NCBI GenBank assembly: GCA_963789955.1
Contig: CAWBMV010000022.1
Location: 416,001 to 480,000, forward strand
DNA length: 64,000 bases
Source: an uncultured Candidatus Rokubacteria bacterium
GTDB taxonomy: Bacteria > Methylomirabilota > Methylomirabilia > Rokubacteriales > CSP1-6
Direction: 5' to 3'
Position numbers and translations under genes: made by a program. Shown piece by piece: positions 20,791 to 30,294 of the stretch; the first letter of the stretch is position 1, and each line of letters begins with the position of its first letter. Under the pieces are notes generated by a model. The model searched no databases. It was not told where the DNA came from and saw only the letters and a program-made list of their open reading frames with translations.

Positions 20791-21312
20791 TCAACGACCC
20801 GGGTGAAACCACCAGACGAGAGCAACGGAGGCGAACACCGCGGTCTCCATGAGAGTGGCGACGAACAGCGCGATGCGAGAGCCATGATTCGGAGCGAACA
20901 GGCCCGAGAGAAAGAAGGCCAGAGCGAACAGCGGAGCGACCAGAATCCTGAGGCCGGCGAGGCCCGACCAGATCTGAAGCAAGGAGCTGGCGCCGGCGGT
21001 CCGTGCGACGACGTAAGTAGTGAAGGCTCCCGCCGCCGTGGCAGCGACCGATGCAAGAGCCGCGACGGAGAGCACGAGCCAGAACGCGCGGTTGGGCCTG
21101 AGGAAGAAGAGCGCAGCACCCGTTGGAAGGACGGCAGCCGCGGCGAACACCGCCAGGAAGAGCAGGCTGTCGCCGAAATCGTACATGGCGCCGTACGTCT
21201 GCCGGTCGGGCCCGCTGGTCGAGGCCACGTAGATCGCGACGATCGTGGAAGCCACCAGGAAGGCGCCGACGTACCCCGAGGCAACGAGGCCGATCTTGGC
21301 GGGGGCTCTCAG
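20791..21312 (-). CDS. Hypothetical membrane protein (about 5 TM); start uncertain
   Basis: Hydrophobic ORF 20791..21255 extends in frame upstream to a CTG after AGGA. Confidence 0.55.
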   Translation of the reverse strand: MRAPAKIGLVASGYVGAFLVASTIVAIYVASTSGPDRQTYGAMYDFGDSLLFLAVFAAAAVLPTGAALFFLRPNRAFWLVLSVAALASVAATAAGAFTTYVVARTAGASSLLQIWSGLAGLRILVAPLFALAFFLSGLFAPNHGSRIALFVATLMETAVFASVALVWWFHPGR

Positions 21313-21510
21313 CGACGCAGTCCTATGGTCACCGGGATGCGGACCATACCTAGGAAAACGGCCCGGACTGCCGGCAGGCGGTCTGGACCCATTGACCAGC
21401 TATGAGTAGTGGAGGACGCGCTCAGCACCGACACCGGCGGGAATGCTACAGTTGATGCGCGAACGCGAAGACCGACCGTGGCGGCGCCGTGCCGCCGAGA
21501 GGGAGCCAGC

Positions 21511-22497
21511 ATGTCCGCGACGAGCACGTTGCCCACCCTGACCTCCGACGAGGTGATCGCCCAGCTCCGAGCCCTTCGGACGCGCCAGCCGGTGAAGTAC
21601 TGGGCGTTCTACTCGAGCCAGCTCGGCGGGATCGTGACCGATCCCGCGCTCATGGTCGTGCCGTTCGACGACCACATGGTGCACCGCGGTCACGGCATCT
21701 TCGACACCGCGGCGATCGAGGCCGGCAAGATCTACGATCTCGAGGCGCACCTGGACCGGTTCATCCGATCGGCGCACAACTCGAAGCTGAAGCTCCCGGC
21801 GCGGGACGAGATGCGGGACATCATCGTGCGCACCGCGGCCGCGAGCGGCAAGCGCGAGGGCTCGATCCGCTACTGGGCCTCCGCGGGGCCGGGGAGCCTC
21901 GGTCTGGCCCCGGCGGCCGGCGCCGAGCCCGGATTCTTCGTGATGATCTCCGCGGGGCTCGGCTATCCGGACACGTGGTACACGCAGGGGCTCCGCATGA
22001 TGACGACGACGTATCCGATCAAGCCGCCGCTCTACGCCGTCACCAAGAGCGTCAACTATCTCCCCAACGTCCTCATGCAGATGGAGGCCCAGGAGCGCGG
22101 CGTCGACAACGGGATCTTCATCGACGCGGCCGGGAACGTGGGCGAGAGCTCGAACATGAATGTTGCGTTCATCACCGCCGACGGAATGCTCAAGCACCCG
22201 AAGTTCGATCACATCCTGTCGGGCTGCACCTCGTTGCGCCTGCTCGAGCTGGCGACCCGGCTCCAGACGACGGGCGTGCTCAAGGGCGTTCAGGTCTGTG
22301 ACATTCCCGTGGCGGAGGCGCGCGCGGCCCACGAGATGCTGCTGATCGGCAGCTCGGTCAAGGTCGCGCCGATCGTCGAGTGGGACGGCAAACCGATCGG
22401 CGACGGGAAGCCCGGTCCGATCGCCCGCGCGCTCCGCGAGCTGCTGCAGAACGACATGCGCTCGGCGACCGACCGCCTGATCGACATCCCGTACTGA
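21511..22497 (+). CDS. Class IV PLP aminotransferase (D-amino-acid transaminase / aminodeoxychorismate lyase-like)
   Basis: DDHMVHRGHGIFDT, HLDRF, KSVNYL, GESSNMN, ILSGCT, IGDGKPGP. Confidence 0.9.
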   Translation: MSATSTLPTLTSDEVIAQLRALRTRQPVKYWAFYSSQLGGIVTDPALMVVPFDDHMVHRGHGIFDTAAIEAGKIYDLEAHLDRFIRSAHNSKLKLPARDEMRDIIVRTAAASGKREGSIRYWASAGPGSLGLAPAAGAEPGFFVMISAGLGYPDTWYTQGLRMMTTTYPIKPPLYAVTKSVNYLPNVLMQMEAQERGVDNGIFIDAAGNVGESSNMNVAFITADGMLKHPKFDHILSGCTSLRLLELATRLQTTGVLKGVQVCDIPVAEARAAHEMLLIGSSVKVAPIVEWDGKPIGDGKPGPIARALRELLQNDMRSATDRLIDIPY

Positions 22498-22504
22498 GGG
22501 GCGG

Positions 22505-23701
22505 CTAGCGCCGCCAGAGGCGGTCGGAGGCGAGCCGGGCGCCGGCGACCAGCGCCTCGAATTTCGCCCACATCACCGCGGGATGCTGGCGCTGGTACAA
22601 GGCGCCCTGCGCAAATCCGCAGTCGGCTCCCGCGATGACCCGCTCCCGGCCGATCGAGCTGGCGAAATTCATGATCCGCTCCGCGATCGTCTCGGGATGC
22701 TCGACCACGGCGGTCGTGTGCGCGATCACGCCGGGAATGAGTATCTTGCCCTCCGGGAGCTTCACGTCCTCCCACACACGCCACTCGTACGAGTGCCGGG
22801 GTGTCGCCGCCTCGACCGAATAGCTCTGCGCCTTGACCCGGAGCATGAGGTCGACGATGTCGCGCAGACCGAGGTCGTGGACGTGCGGGCCTTGCCAGCT
22901 GCCCCAGCAGAGGTGATACCGCACGCGGTCCTCGGGGATGCCCGCCAGCGCGTGATTGAGCGCCTCGAGGTTTCGCGCCTGCGTCCGCCGGTAGTCCTCG
23001 AGCGGCGGCGCCGGGATCAGCATGTCCCACGTCTCGCCCAGACCCGGGTCGTCGATCTGCAAGACGAAGCCCGCGTCGACGATGGCCCGATACTCCGTCT
23101 TCAGCGCCTCGGCGATCGCGAAGACGTACTCCTCGTCGGTCTTGTAGTACTGATTCTGTCCTCGGCCGACCATCGCCGGCGCGATCGCCGGCACGAAGGC
23201 CTCCTCCACCGTGACGTCGCGCAGCGCGCGTTTGAAGATCTCGAGATCTCGCTGCAGCAGTGCCTGGCCCTTGTACGCGATCGGGCCCTGGCACACCGTG
23301 GGCCGGGCGGAGGGCGGCATCGCGCGCGGCAGGTATTCTTCGTAGTACTCCCGGAACGCGCGCCACTCGCGACGAGTATCGACCCGGCGCGCCCACGAGG
23401 TCCCGGCGTTGCTCGACGGAACGCCGGGATCGTCGGCTTTCATCGGGACGAAGCCGGTGAGCCGCTCGTCCGTGTAGGCCAGAAAGCTCGTCTTCGACAT
23501 CTCGCCGTCGGAGACGATGTCGATGCCGACGCGAGCCTGCTGCCGCACGGCGTCGGCCACCGCGTCCCCGACGAGGGCGGAGAGCCGGCCTTCGTCCGCC
23601 GTCTGACCCGCCAGGCGATCCCGGAGCAGCGCCTTGATGCTCTCCGGCCGCGGCATGCTGCCGACGTGCGTGGTCAGGATGCGAGTGGCGCTGGTCTTCA
23701 T
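22505..23701 (-). CDS. Cobalamin-independent methionine synthase II family protein (second paralog)
   Basis: MKTSATRILTTHVGSMPRP, SDGEMSK, LQIDDP, HLCWGSW, GADCGF. Confidence 0.9.
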   Translation of the reverse strand: MKTSATRILTTHVGSMPRPESIKALLRDRLAGQTADEGRLSALVGDAVADAVRQQARVGIDIVSDGEMSKTSFLAYTDERLTGFVPMKADDPGVPSSNAGTSWARRVDTRREWRAFREYYEEYLPRAMPPSARPTVCQGPIAYKGQALLQRDLEIFKRALRDVTVEEAFVPAIAPAMVGRGQNQYYKTDEEYVFAIAEALKTEYRAIVDAGFVLQIDDPGLGETWDMLIPAPPLEDYRRTQARNLEALNHALAGIPEDRVRYHLCWGSWQGPHVHDLGLRDIVDLMLRVKAQSYSVEAATPRHSYEWRVWEDVKLPEGKILIPGVIAHTTAVVEHPETIAERIMNFASSIGRERVIAGADCGFAQGALYQRQHPAVMWAKFEALVAGARLASDRLWRR

Positions 23702-24728
23702 CGGTAGCGCTCGGTCGCATCGGCCGCTCTCGTCGACCATCAGCACGATCTTTCCGGTCTGCGTGTCGCTCAGCATGTACTTGTGCGCGTCGGTCAGCCG
23801 CTCGAACGGGAACGTGCGATCGAGCACGGGCCTGAGCGCGCCTTTGGTGACCGCGTCGAGCAGGTGCGCGGTGAACCGCTCGCTGCACGCGAGCGATTCC
23901 TCGGGCGTGCGCGTGCGGAAGGTGACGCCGATGATCGACGCCCGCTTGCGGGCGATCTCGTCCAGGTCGCAGTCGCCGACACGGCCGGCGTTGCGCCCGA
24001 CACTCACGAGCCGCGCCTTGAGGGCGAGCACCCGGATGTTGTCCGCCAGCATCGGGCCGCCGACGTGGTCGATGATCACGTCGACGCCCCGACCGCCGGT
24101 CGCGCGCATCACGGCGTCGACCCATTTGCCGGCGTCGCGGGTGTCGACGACCTCGTGCGCGCCGAGCGCGCGCAGCGCGTCGGCCTTGCCCGGCGTGCGG
24201 GTGGTCGCGATGACCGGGTTCGCGCCGACGTGGCGGGCGATCTGGATCGCCGCGGTGCCGACACCCGACGGCCCGGCGGTGACCATCACCGACTCGCCCG
24301 GCCGGACGGCGGCGTTGGTGACCAGCGCGTCGTGGGCGGTGACGAACACGTTGGGGATCGACGCCGCCTCGGCCCACGACATGCCGGCGGGGACTCGCAT
24401 CAGGGCGCGCTGGTGGGCGACGACGGACTTCGCGTAGCTGCCGACCGCGCGGCCCATGACGCGATCGCCCGGCTGCCAGGCGTTCACGCCGTCGCCGACC
24501 GCCGCGATCTCGCCCGCGAACTCGGTGCCCGCTCGCGCGGGATTGACGGGCGCGCTGCCCGGGTCGCAGCGCCGCGCCGCGGATCAGCTCGCCGCGATTG
24601 GTGCCGGCGGCGCGCACGGCCACCGCCACCTGACCGGGGCCGGGCGCGGCCACCGGCGTTTCGCGCAGCTCGAAGACCGCGCCCTCGGGGCCGGGAACCG
24701 CGAACCACGCCTTCATCGTCTGTGCCAT
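23698..24728 (-). CDS. MDR-family NAD(P)H:quinone oxidoreductase-like protein; frameshifts at ~24560 and probably ~23735
   Basis: PGPGQVAVAVRAAGTN, GTEFAGE after the shift, SGVGTAAIQIA, GVDVIIDHVGG, GKIVL; SD GGAGG; an alternative frame ends in TGA overlapping the next ATG. Confidence 0.82.
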
Positions 24729-24760
24729 GGCGGAACCTCCTTGACGGCTGCGGCGGTCGT

Positions 24761-26305
24761 TCAGCGCGCCTTGAGCTTCAGATCCTCGTAGGGCGACAGG
24801 TACGGATGTCCGGTGATCGTCGGGCTCTCCGCGAGCCGCGCGCCGATGCCGATCAGCAGGGACGGCTCGACGATCGGCGCGAACATCGCCCGCTCGTGCA
24901 TGAGCTGCTGGATCTTGGTCAGCATCGCCTCGCGCCGCTTCTTGTCCATCTCCGCCGCCTGATCGCGGAAGAGCGAGTCGATGTCCGGGTAGCCGCCGTA
25001 CGAGCGGATGCCCGTGGAGATCACGAACGCCTCGATCCGGGTCGCCGCGTTGCCGGCGGCGGCGCTGCCCACGCGGACGAGGTGCTTGAACGTCTTTTCC
25101 TGGTCGGCCTTGTAGAACCCGGCGCGCTCCATCGGTCGCAGCCGCGCGCGGATCCCGATGGCCTGAAAGCCGTTGATGACGGCCTCGGCCTCCGGCGCGT
25201 ACACGGCGTCGGTGGCCATCTCGATCGCGTCGAAGCCCTTGGGGTAGCCCGCTTCGGCCAGGAGCTGCTTGGCCTTCGCCGGGTCGAACGGATACGCCGG
25301 CGGGGCCCAGTGGAACTCGAAGTCGCGGGGGACGATCGAGAACGCCAGCTTGCCGTAGCCGAGGTACTCGGCCTCGTTGATCGTCTTGCGGTCGATCGCG
25401 AGGTTGGCGGCGAGTCGCACGCGCTGGTCGGCCCAGGGCGACTTCGAGTCGAACTGCTCGGTGAAGACGATCCACTCGGTGAAGGTCGGCGACGTCGGCT
25501 TGAGCGTGAGGCCGGCCGTCCGCTTGACCTCTTCCGCGTTCGGCCCGCGGATCGAGTAGGCGACGTCGGCCTCGGCGCGCTTGAGCATGGCCAGGCGCGT
25601 CGACTCGTCCGGCACCGACTTGAAGATCAGGCGCTTCACCGCGGGCGTCTTGCGCCAGAAGCCCTCGTACGCTTCGACGACGAGCTCGACGCCGGGATTG
25701 AACGAGACGAAGCGGTACGGCCCGGCGCCGACCGGCGCCTTCTTGAAGCCCTCGTCGCCCACGCGCTCGGTGTACTTCTTCGGCACGATCCACGCCGCCC
25801 CGGTGGCCGGCGTCGCGTAGAACGTCATGAAGTCCGGCCACGGCTGCTTGAACCGGAAGCGCACGTGGAGCGGGTCGACGACCTCGACCGCCGCCACCCG
25901 CGCCTTCAAGGTCGAAGCCCCCGCGCCCTTGTAGCGCTCGAACGAGAACTTCACGTCGTCGGCGCTGAGCGGGTCGCCGTTGTGGAACTTGACGCCCTTG
26001 CGGAGGACGAACTCGTAGGTGAGCCCGTCCTTCGACACCGTCCAGGATTCGGCCAGGCTCGGCGCCCAGGCGTTGCCGGGCATCGGCTTCACCAGGGCAT
26101 CGTGGAGCGCGTAGAGCGTCAGGAATGGCGTGATGACTCCCGGCGTCTCGGCGGGATCGAACCACGCCGGCGCCAGCGAGACGTGCACGGCGAACGTGAG
26201 CTGTCCTTCCGGCGAAGCGGCGGCCGAGGTGGCGAGCGGCGCCGGCGCGACGACGGCCAGGGCGAGCAGCAGCACCAGGATCAGCGATGAGCGGCGAACC
26301 CTCAC
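24761..26305 (-). CDS. ABC transporter substrate-binding protein, family 5 (orphan)
   Basis: Signal peptide; SLAESW, LRKGVKFHNGDPLSADDVKFSFER, PVGAGPY; SD GGAGGA. Confidence 0.9.
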   Translation of the reverse strand: MRVRRSSLILVLLLALAVVAPAPLATSAAASPEGQLTFAVHVSLAPAWFDPAETPGVITPFLTLYALHDALVKPMPGNAWAPSLAESWTVSKDGLTYEFVLRKGVKFHNGDPLSADDVKFSFERYKGAGASTLKARVAAVEVVDPLHVRFRFKQPWPDFMTFYATPATGAAWIVPKKYTERVGDEGFKKAPVGAGPYRFVSFNPGVELVVEAYEGFWRKTPAVKRLIFKSVPDESTRLAMLKRAEADVAYSIRGPNAEEVKRTAGLTLKPTSPTFTEWIVFTEQFDSKSPWADQRVRLAANLAIDRKTINEAEYLGYGKLAFSIVPRDFEFHWAPPAYPFDPAKAKQLLAEAGYPKGFDAIEMATDAVYAPEAEAVINGFQAIGIRARLRPMERAGFYKADQEKTFKHLVRVGSAAAGNAATRIEAFVISTGIRSYGGYPDIDSLFRDQAAEMDKKRREAMLTKIQQLMHERAMFAPIVEPSLLIGIGARLAESPTITGHPYLSPYEDLKLKAR

Positions 26306-26370
26306 GATGTCCTCCGTTCTCTCTCTCGAAAGGCTGACTACGACGGGGAAGCATACACCGTCGAGGCGTT

Positions 26371-26376
26371 TATAAT
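26371..26376 (+). promoter_or_regulatory. Consensus -10 (TATAAT) 7 nt before the M20 start codon
   Basis: Perfect hexamer in GC-rich DNA; no SD before the ATG at 26384. Confidence 0.6.
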
Positions 26377-26383
26377 CCGGTCC

Positions 26384-27593
26384 ATGAACACCTCCGCGAT
26401 CCTCGCCGACGCCAAGAGCATCCTGGACGACACGATCCAGCTTCGACGCCGCATCCACCGGCAGCCCGAGGTGGGCTTGAGCGTGCCGCGAACGCAGGCC
26501 ACGGTGCTCGAAGCGCTCGAAGGGCTCGGGCTCGACGTCCGGACGGGGCAGCGCACGACGTCGATCGTGGCGCGGCTCACCGGCGCTCGTCCGGGCCCGA
26601 CGATCTTGCTGCGGGCCGACATGGACGCGCTGCCGATGCCCGAGGAGACGGGACTCCCGTTCGCCTCGGAGGTGAGCGGCCGCATGCACGCGTGCGGCCA
26701 CGATGCGCACACCGCGATGCTCGTCGGCGCCGCGCGCCTGCTCGCCCGACGGCGCGACTCGTTCGCGGGCTCGGTGTTGTTCATGCTGCAGCCGGGCGAG
26801 GAGGGCTACCACGGCGCGCGCGTGATGATCGAGGAGGGATTGCTCGACGGGCGCGGCCCCGCCGAGTGGCGCCTTCGCGCTACACGTGACGCACCGGATG
26901 GCGGCCGGCTCCATCTCGGCCCGACCGGGCGCCGCGATGGCGTCGGGTGACACGTTGCAGATCGTGGTGCGAGGCAAGGGGGGCCATGCCTCGGCGCCGC
27001 ACGATTGCCTGGATCCGATCCCGATCGCCTGCGAGATCGTGCAGGCGTTCCAGACCCTGGTGACGCGCCGGGTTCACGTCTTCGATCCGGCCGTCGTGAC
27101 CGTCGCCAAGATCGAGGCCGGCACGACGCGCAACGTGATCCCCGACACCGCGAGCATGCTCGGGACGATCCGCACCGTCTCCGAGCCGACCCGCGAGCGC
27201 GTGCTCGACGGGGTGCGCCGGGTCGCCGAGGGCATCGCGGCGGCCCACGGCGCCGAGGTCGACGTGGAGCTGATCCGAGGCTATCCCGTCACGGTCAACG
27301 ACCCGGACTTCGCGGGCTTCGTCCTGGACACCGCCCGCGAATTGCTCGGGCCCGAGGCGGTCCACGCGGCGAGCCATCCGATCATGGCGAGCGAGGACTT
27401 CTCGTATGTGCTCCAGCGCGTCCCGGGCACGATCGCGAACCTGAGCACGCGGCCGGACACCGACGCGGCGTTCCCGAACCACTCGCCGCGGATGCTCGTG
27501 AACGAGTCGGCGCTCGCCGCCGGCATCGCGATGCACGTGGCGGTGGCGCTGCGATTCCTCGAAAAGGGAGCGGGTCCGGCCAAGAGCGGCTGA
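26384..27593 (+). CDS. M20 family amidohydrolase (hippurate hydrolase-like), frameshifted at ~26860
   Basis: LRRRIHRQPE, RADMDALP, MHACGHDAH, QPGEEG, GKGGHAS, SEDFS, HSP. Confidence 0.92.
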
Positions 27594-27622
27594 GGCCGGC
27601 TACTCAGCGCGGTTCGCATTCG

Positions 27623-28630
27623 TCATTCGAACGCGAAGATGCGCTTCCAGTCGTTCTTCATGCTGATGACGATCCAGCCCCGTTTCTGGGCTTCGGCCAT
27701 CAGCGCGTCGGGGAAGGTGCCGACCTTCGACTTCGGGCCGTAGGCGTACTCGCGCTTGTCGTCGTCGTGATGCACGAGCACCATGAGCCGCGCGCCGTCG
27801 CCGGCCTGGGTGTACTCGAGCATCTGCTGATCGCCCGCCGAGTTGCCGAACGTCGCCACCGGTCTGCGCCCGATCATCAGGTGGATGCCGACCGGCTTGC
27901 CGATCTTGTCGTCGACCAGCAGCACTTTCGGCACCTTGGTCAGGATCGCCTTCCCGCTCTTGTCGTACCCGAACTTCGTGTCGGCGGCCGAGCCCACGAC
28001 CTGCTCGGGCGGGATGCCGTAGACCTTCTCGGCGTACGCGCGAACGAAGTCCTGGCCGCCGCCGGTGACGAAGTAGGTCTTGTAGCCGCTCGCGCGCATG
28101 TGTTGCATCACCTCGAGCATCGGCTGGTAGACGAGCTCGGTGAAAGGACGCTGGAAGCGCGGGTGCTTCGCCTTGGCGATCCAGTCCTGAACGATCGTCT
28201 GGAACGCCTCGACCGTCATGCCGGTGTGAGTGACGGCGAGGATCTTCTCGAGGTCCTGGATCGTCAGCTTGGCCATCGCCGCTCGGTCGCCGGAGAGGAC
28301 CGTCTTGAAGGGCTCGACCTCCTTCAGCTTCGGGTCCTTCTCCGCCATGACCCCGACCTGGTGAAGCGCGAACATCACCTGCGTGTACATCGGCTGCTCG
28401 ACCCAGGTGGTCCCGTCCTGGTCGAACACGGCGATGCGCGCCTCGGGCGCGACGAACTTGGGGCTCGCCGTGTCCGTGGTGACGCGCACGAATTCCAGGA
28501 TCGCCTGCTTCGCCGGGCCGTCGTTCCACGAAGGCAGGGGATCGGTTTGGGCGCCGGCGGGCGCGCACACCGCCAGCACGAGACAGAGCGCCACCATGGC
28601 GCTCACGACGACGTTCATTGTGCGTTTCAT
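27623..28630 (-). CDS. Secreted HAD-family hydrolase/phosphatase
   Basis: Signal peptide; LPSWNDG, FDQDGT (DxD), VTGGG, GNSAGD. Confidence 0.87.
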   Translation of the reverse strand: MKRTMNVVVSAMVALCLVLAVCAPAGAQTDPLPSWNDGPAKQAILEFVRVTTDTASPKFVAPEARIAVFDQDGTTWVEQPMYTQVMFALHQVGVMAEKDPKLKEVEPFKTVLSGDRAAMAKLTIQDLEKILAVTHTGMTVEAFQTIVQDWIAKAKHPRFQRPFTELVYQPMLEVMQHMRASGYKTYFVTGGGQDFVRAYAEKVYGIPPEQVVGSAADTKFGYDKSGKAILTKVPKVLLVDDKIGKPVGIHLMIGRRPVATFGNSAGDQQMLEYTQAGDGARLMVLVHHDDDKREYAYGPKSKVGTFPDALMAEAQKRGWIVISMKNDWKRIFAFE

Positions 28631-28811
28631 CGTCCGCTCCTGTTCTGTCCGCGAGGAACGTATCCCGGGACGGCAAACCACCACGACTCAGACGCGCTGT
28701 GGATTGGAGGTTGGGCGATTTGATGGTTCGACCTCAATGAGACTTTCGTCCCACCGGTCAGCGCCTGGGCTTCGCGGTTACGAGCGGCGCTTCTGAAGTC
28801 GGAAAGACGAA

Positions 28812-28836
28812 CGCCCCGGCCAAGGGCACCGGGGCG
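28812..28836 (-). terminator. Hairpin, probable terminator of amidohydrolase paralog B
   Basis: 8-bp stem CGCCCCGG / CCGGGGCG followed on the minus strand by TTCGTCTTT. Confidence 0.55.
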
Positions 28837-28922
28837 CTGTGTAACGTGAACGGGCCGCGGGCGCGCTACGCGATGGCTGGCGCGCTCCGCGCGGCGCGGC
28901 CATTGCGTGGCCTCCACGTTCA

Positions 28923-30068
28923 TCAATTCATCAAGCCGTAGAACTTCCCGGCGTTCTCGCAGGTGATCTTGCGCACGACGTCGGCCGGCAGGTGGCCGAA
29001 CTGCTCCTCGATGTACTTCGACGACTCGGGCCACACGCCGTCGGTGTGCGGATAGTCCGACGCCCACATGAGCGTCTCGGCGCCCATCTCGTGGATCATC
29101 TGAGTCCCGATGCGGTCGAACTGGAACGTGGCCTTGCACTGGCGCCGCCAGTAGTCGCTCGGCTTCATGGTGAGGCCGAGGTCGCGGAAGCGGTCCTCCC
29201 ACTCGAAGTCCATCCGGTCGAGCGCGTACGGGATCCAGCCGATGCCGCTCTCGCCGAAGGAGATCTTCAAGGTCGGATGCCGCTCGAGCACGGCGGAGCC
29301 GACGATCGCGGACAGGATGTTGACCAGGTTCATCTGAAATCCACAAACGCCCTGGAACAGCGCGGCCCGGCGGGCGAGGGTGGTGGGCGCCTTGTCGCGC
29401 ACGGTCTGCGGCACGCTGGGGAACGTGTGGAAGTGCAGCGGCAGGTTCACCTCGCTGACGGCCTGCCAGAGCGGCTCCCAGCACGGATGCCACATGGGCT
29501 CCATGTCCCACGAGCACGACAGCTCGAGCCCCTTCAGGCCCATCTTCGCCACGCGCCGAACTTCTTGCACGGCCGCGTCGATGTCACCGTAGGGCAGGCA
29601 GGCCAGGCCGATCTGCCGGTCCGGATAGTGCCGGCAGAAGTCCTTCAGCCAGTCGTTGTAGATCCGGAACATCTCCTTGGCCGCCTCGTGGTCGTTCAGG
29701 CGAGTGGCGGCGCCGAGGATGCCGAAGATGACCTCGGCCTGCACGCCGTCCATCTCCATGTCCTTCAGGCGGAGGTGCGGATCGGTCGGCCGCCGGATGC
29801 CCTTCTTGCCGTCCTCGTAGAGCCCGACCGCGGCCATCTTGTCGACGCGGTAATTCTGGCCGGGCACCAGCTTGGCGCCGCCGGGGCCGACGCCCCCGAC
29901 CAGCCCGAACGACGTGCCGTTCTTGCAGGTCCAGTGCGGGCCGTCCGGTCCGTCCGCCACGTACGGCATGCGCTCCTTCAGCGCCGCCGACGCGTTCGAC
30001 GTGAACAGATCCGGAGGTATCCACGGCATGTCGATGTGGCAGTCGGCCGAGATCCGCGTATAGCGCAT
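28923..30068 (-). CDS. Amidohydrolase_2 family protein (paralog B)
   Basis: ISADCH, LHFH, FGESGIGW, WASDYPH; closely similar to 11640..12779; SD GGAGGA. Confidence 0.9.
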   Translation of the reverse strand: MRYTRISADCHIDMPWIPPDLFTSNASAALKERMPYVADGPDGPHWTCKNGTSFGLVGGVGPGGAKLVPGQNYRVDKMAAVGLYEDGKKGIRRPTDPHLRLKDMEMDGVQAEVIFGILGAATRLNDHEAAKEMFRIYNDWLKDFCRHYPDRQIGLACLPYGDIDAAVQEVRRVAKMGLKGLELSCSWDMEPMWHPCWEPLWQAVSEVNLPLHFHTFPSVPQTVRDKAPTTLARRAALFQGVCGFQMNLVNILSAIVGSAVLERHPTLKISFGESGIGWIPYALDRMDFEWEDRFRDLGLTMKPSDYWRRQCKATFQFDRIGTQMIHEMGAETLMWASDYPHTDGVWPESSKYIEEQFGHLPADVVRKITCENAGKFYGLMN

Positions 30069-30294
30069 CAGTCGTCCTCCCTCGCGTAGATGCGACAGAT
30101 GTTACGCTCTTGCCCCCTCGCGGTAAAGGTCTGCCATTACTCCTGACGGCCGGCTGCTGATTCCTCCGGCCGTGTTCGGCGGACGCCCTCTTGACGCGGG
30201 TCGCCCGGGGCGCGATCGTGATGCGCGGCGGGGCGGGGGGCAGCGCGTTTGGAGTTCCTATGCTCTTACTCTCACAAGGATTCGCTGGGAGAAC

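Noticed and set aside
22505..24487. Apparent quinone oxidoreductase-MetE fusion (660 aa)
   Set aside because: An alternative frame ends in TGA overlapping the MetE ATG, and indels are common here; a real fusion is not excluded without reads
22290..26354. 1354-aa ORF and many other long Arg/Pro/Ala-rich overlapping ORFs
   Set aside because: Shadow frames of real genes in high-GC DNA; no independent motifs apart from frameshifted pieces of real genes
28690..28920. Possible riboswitch upstream of the HAD gene
   Set aside because: Only GC-rich stems and a terminator-like hairpin; no family consensus recognised; an Rfam scan would be needed
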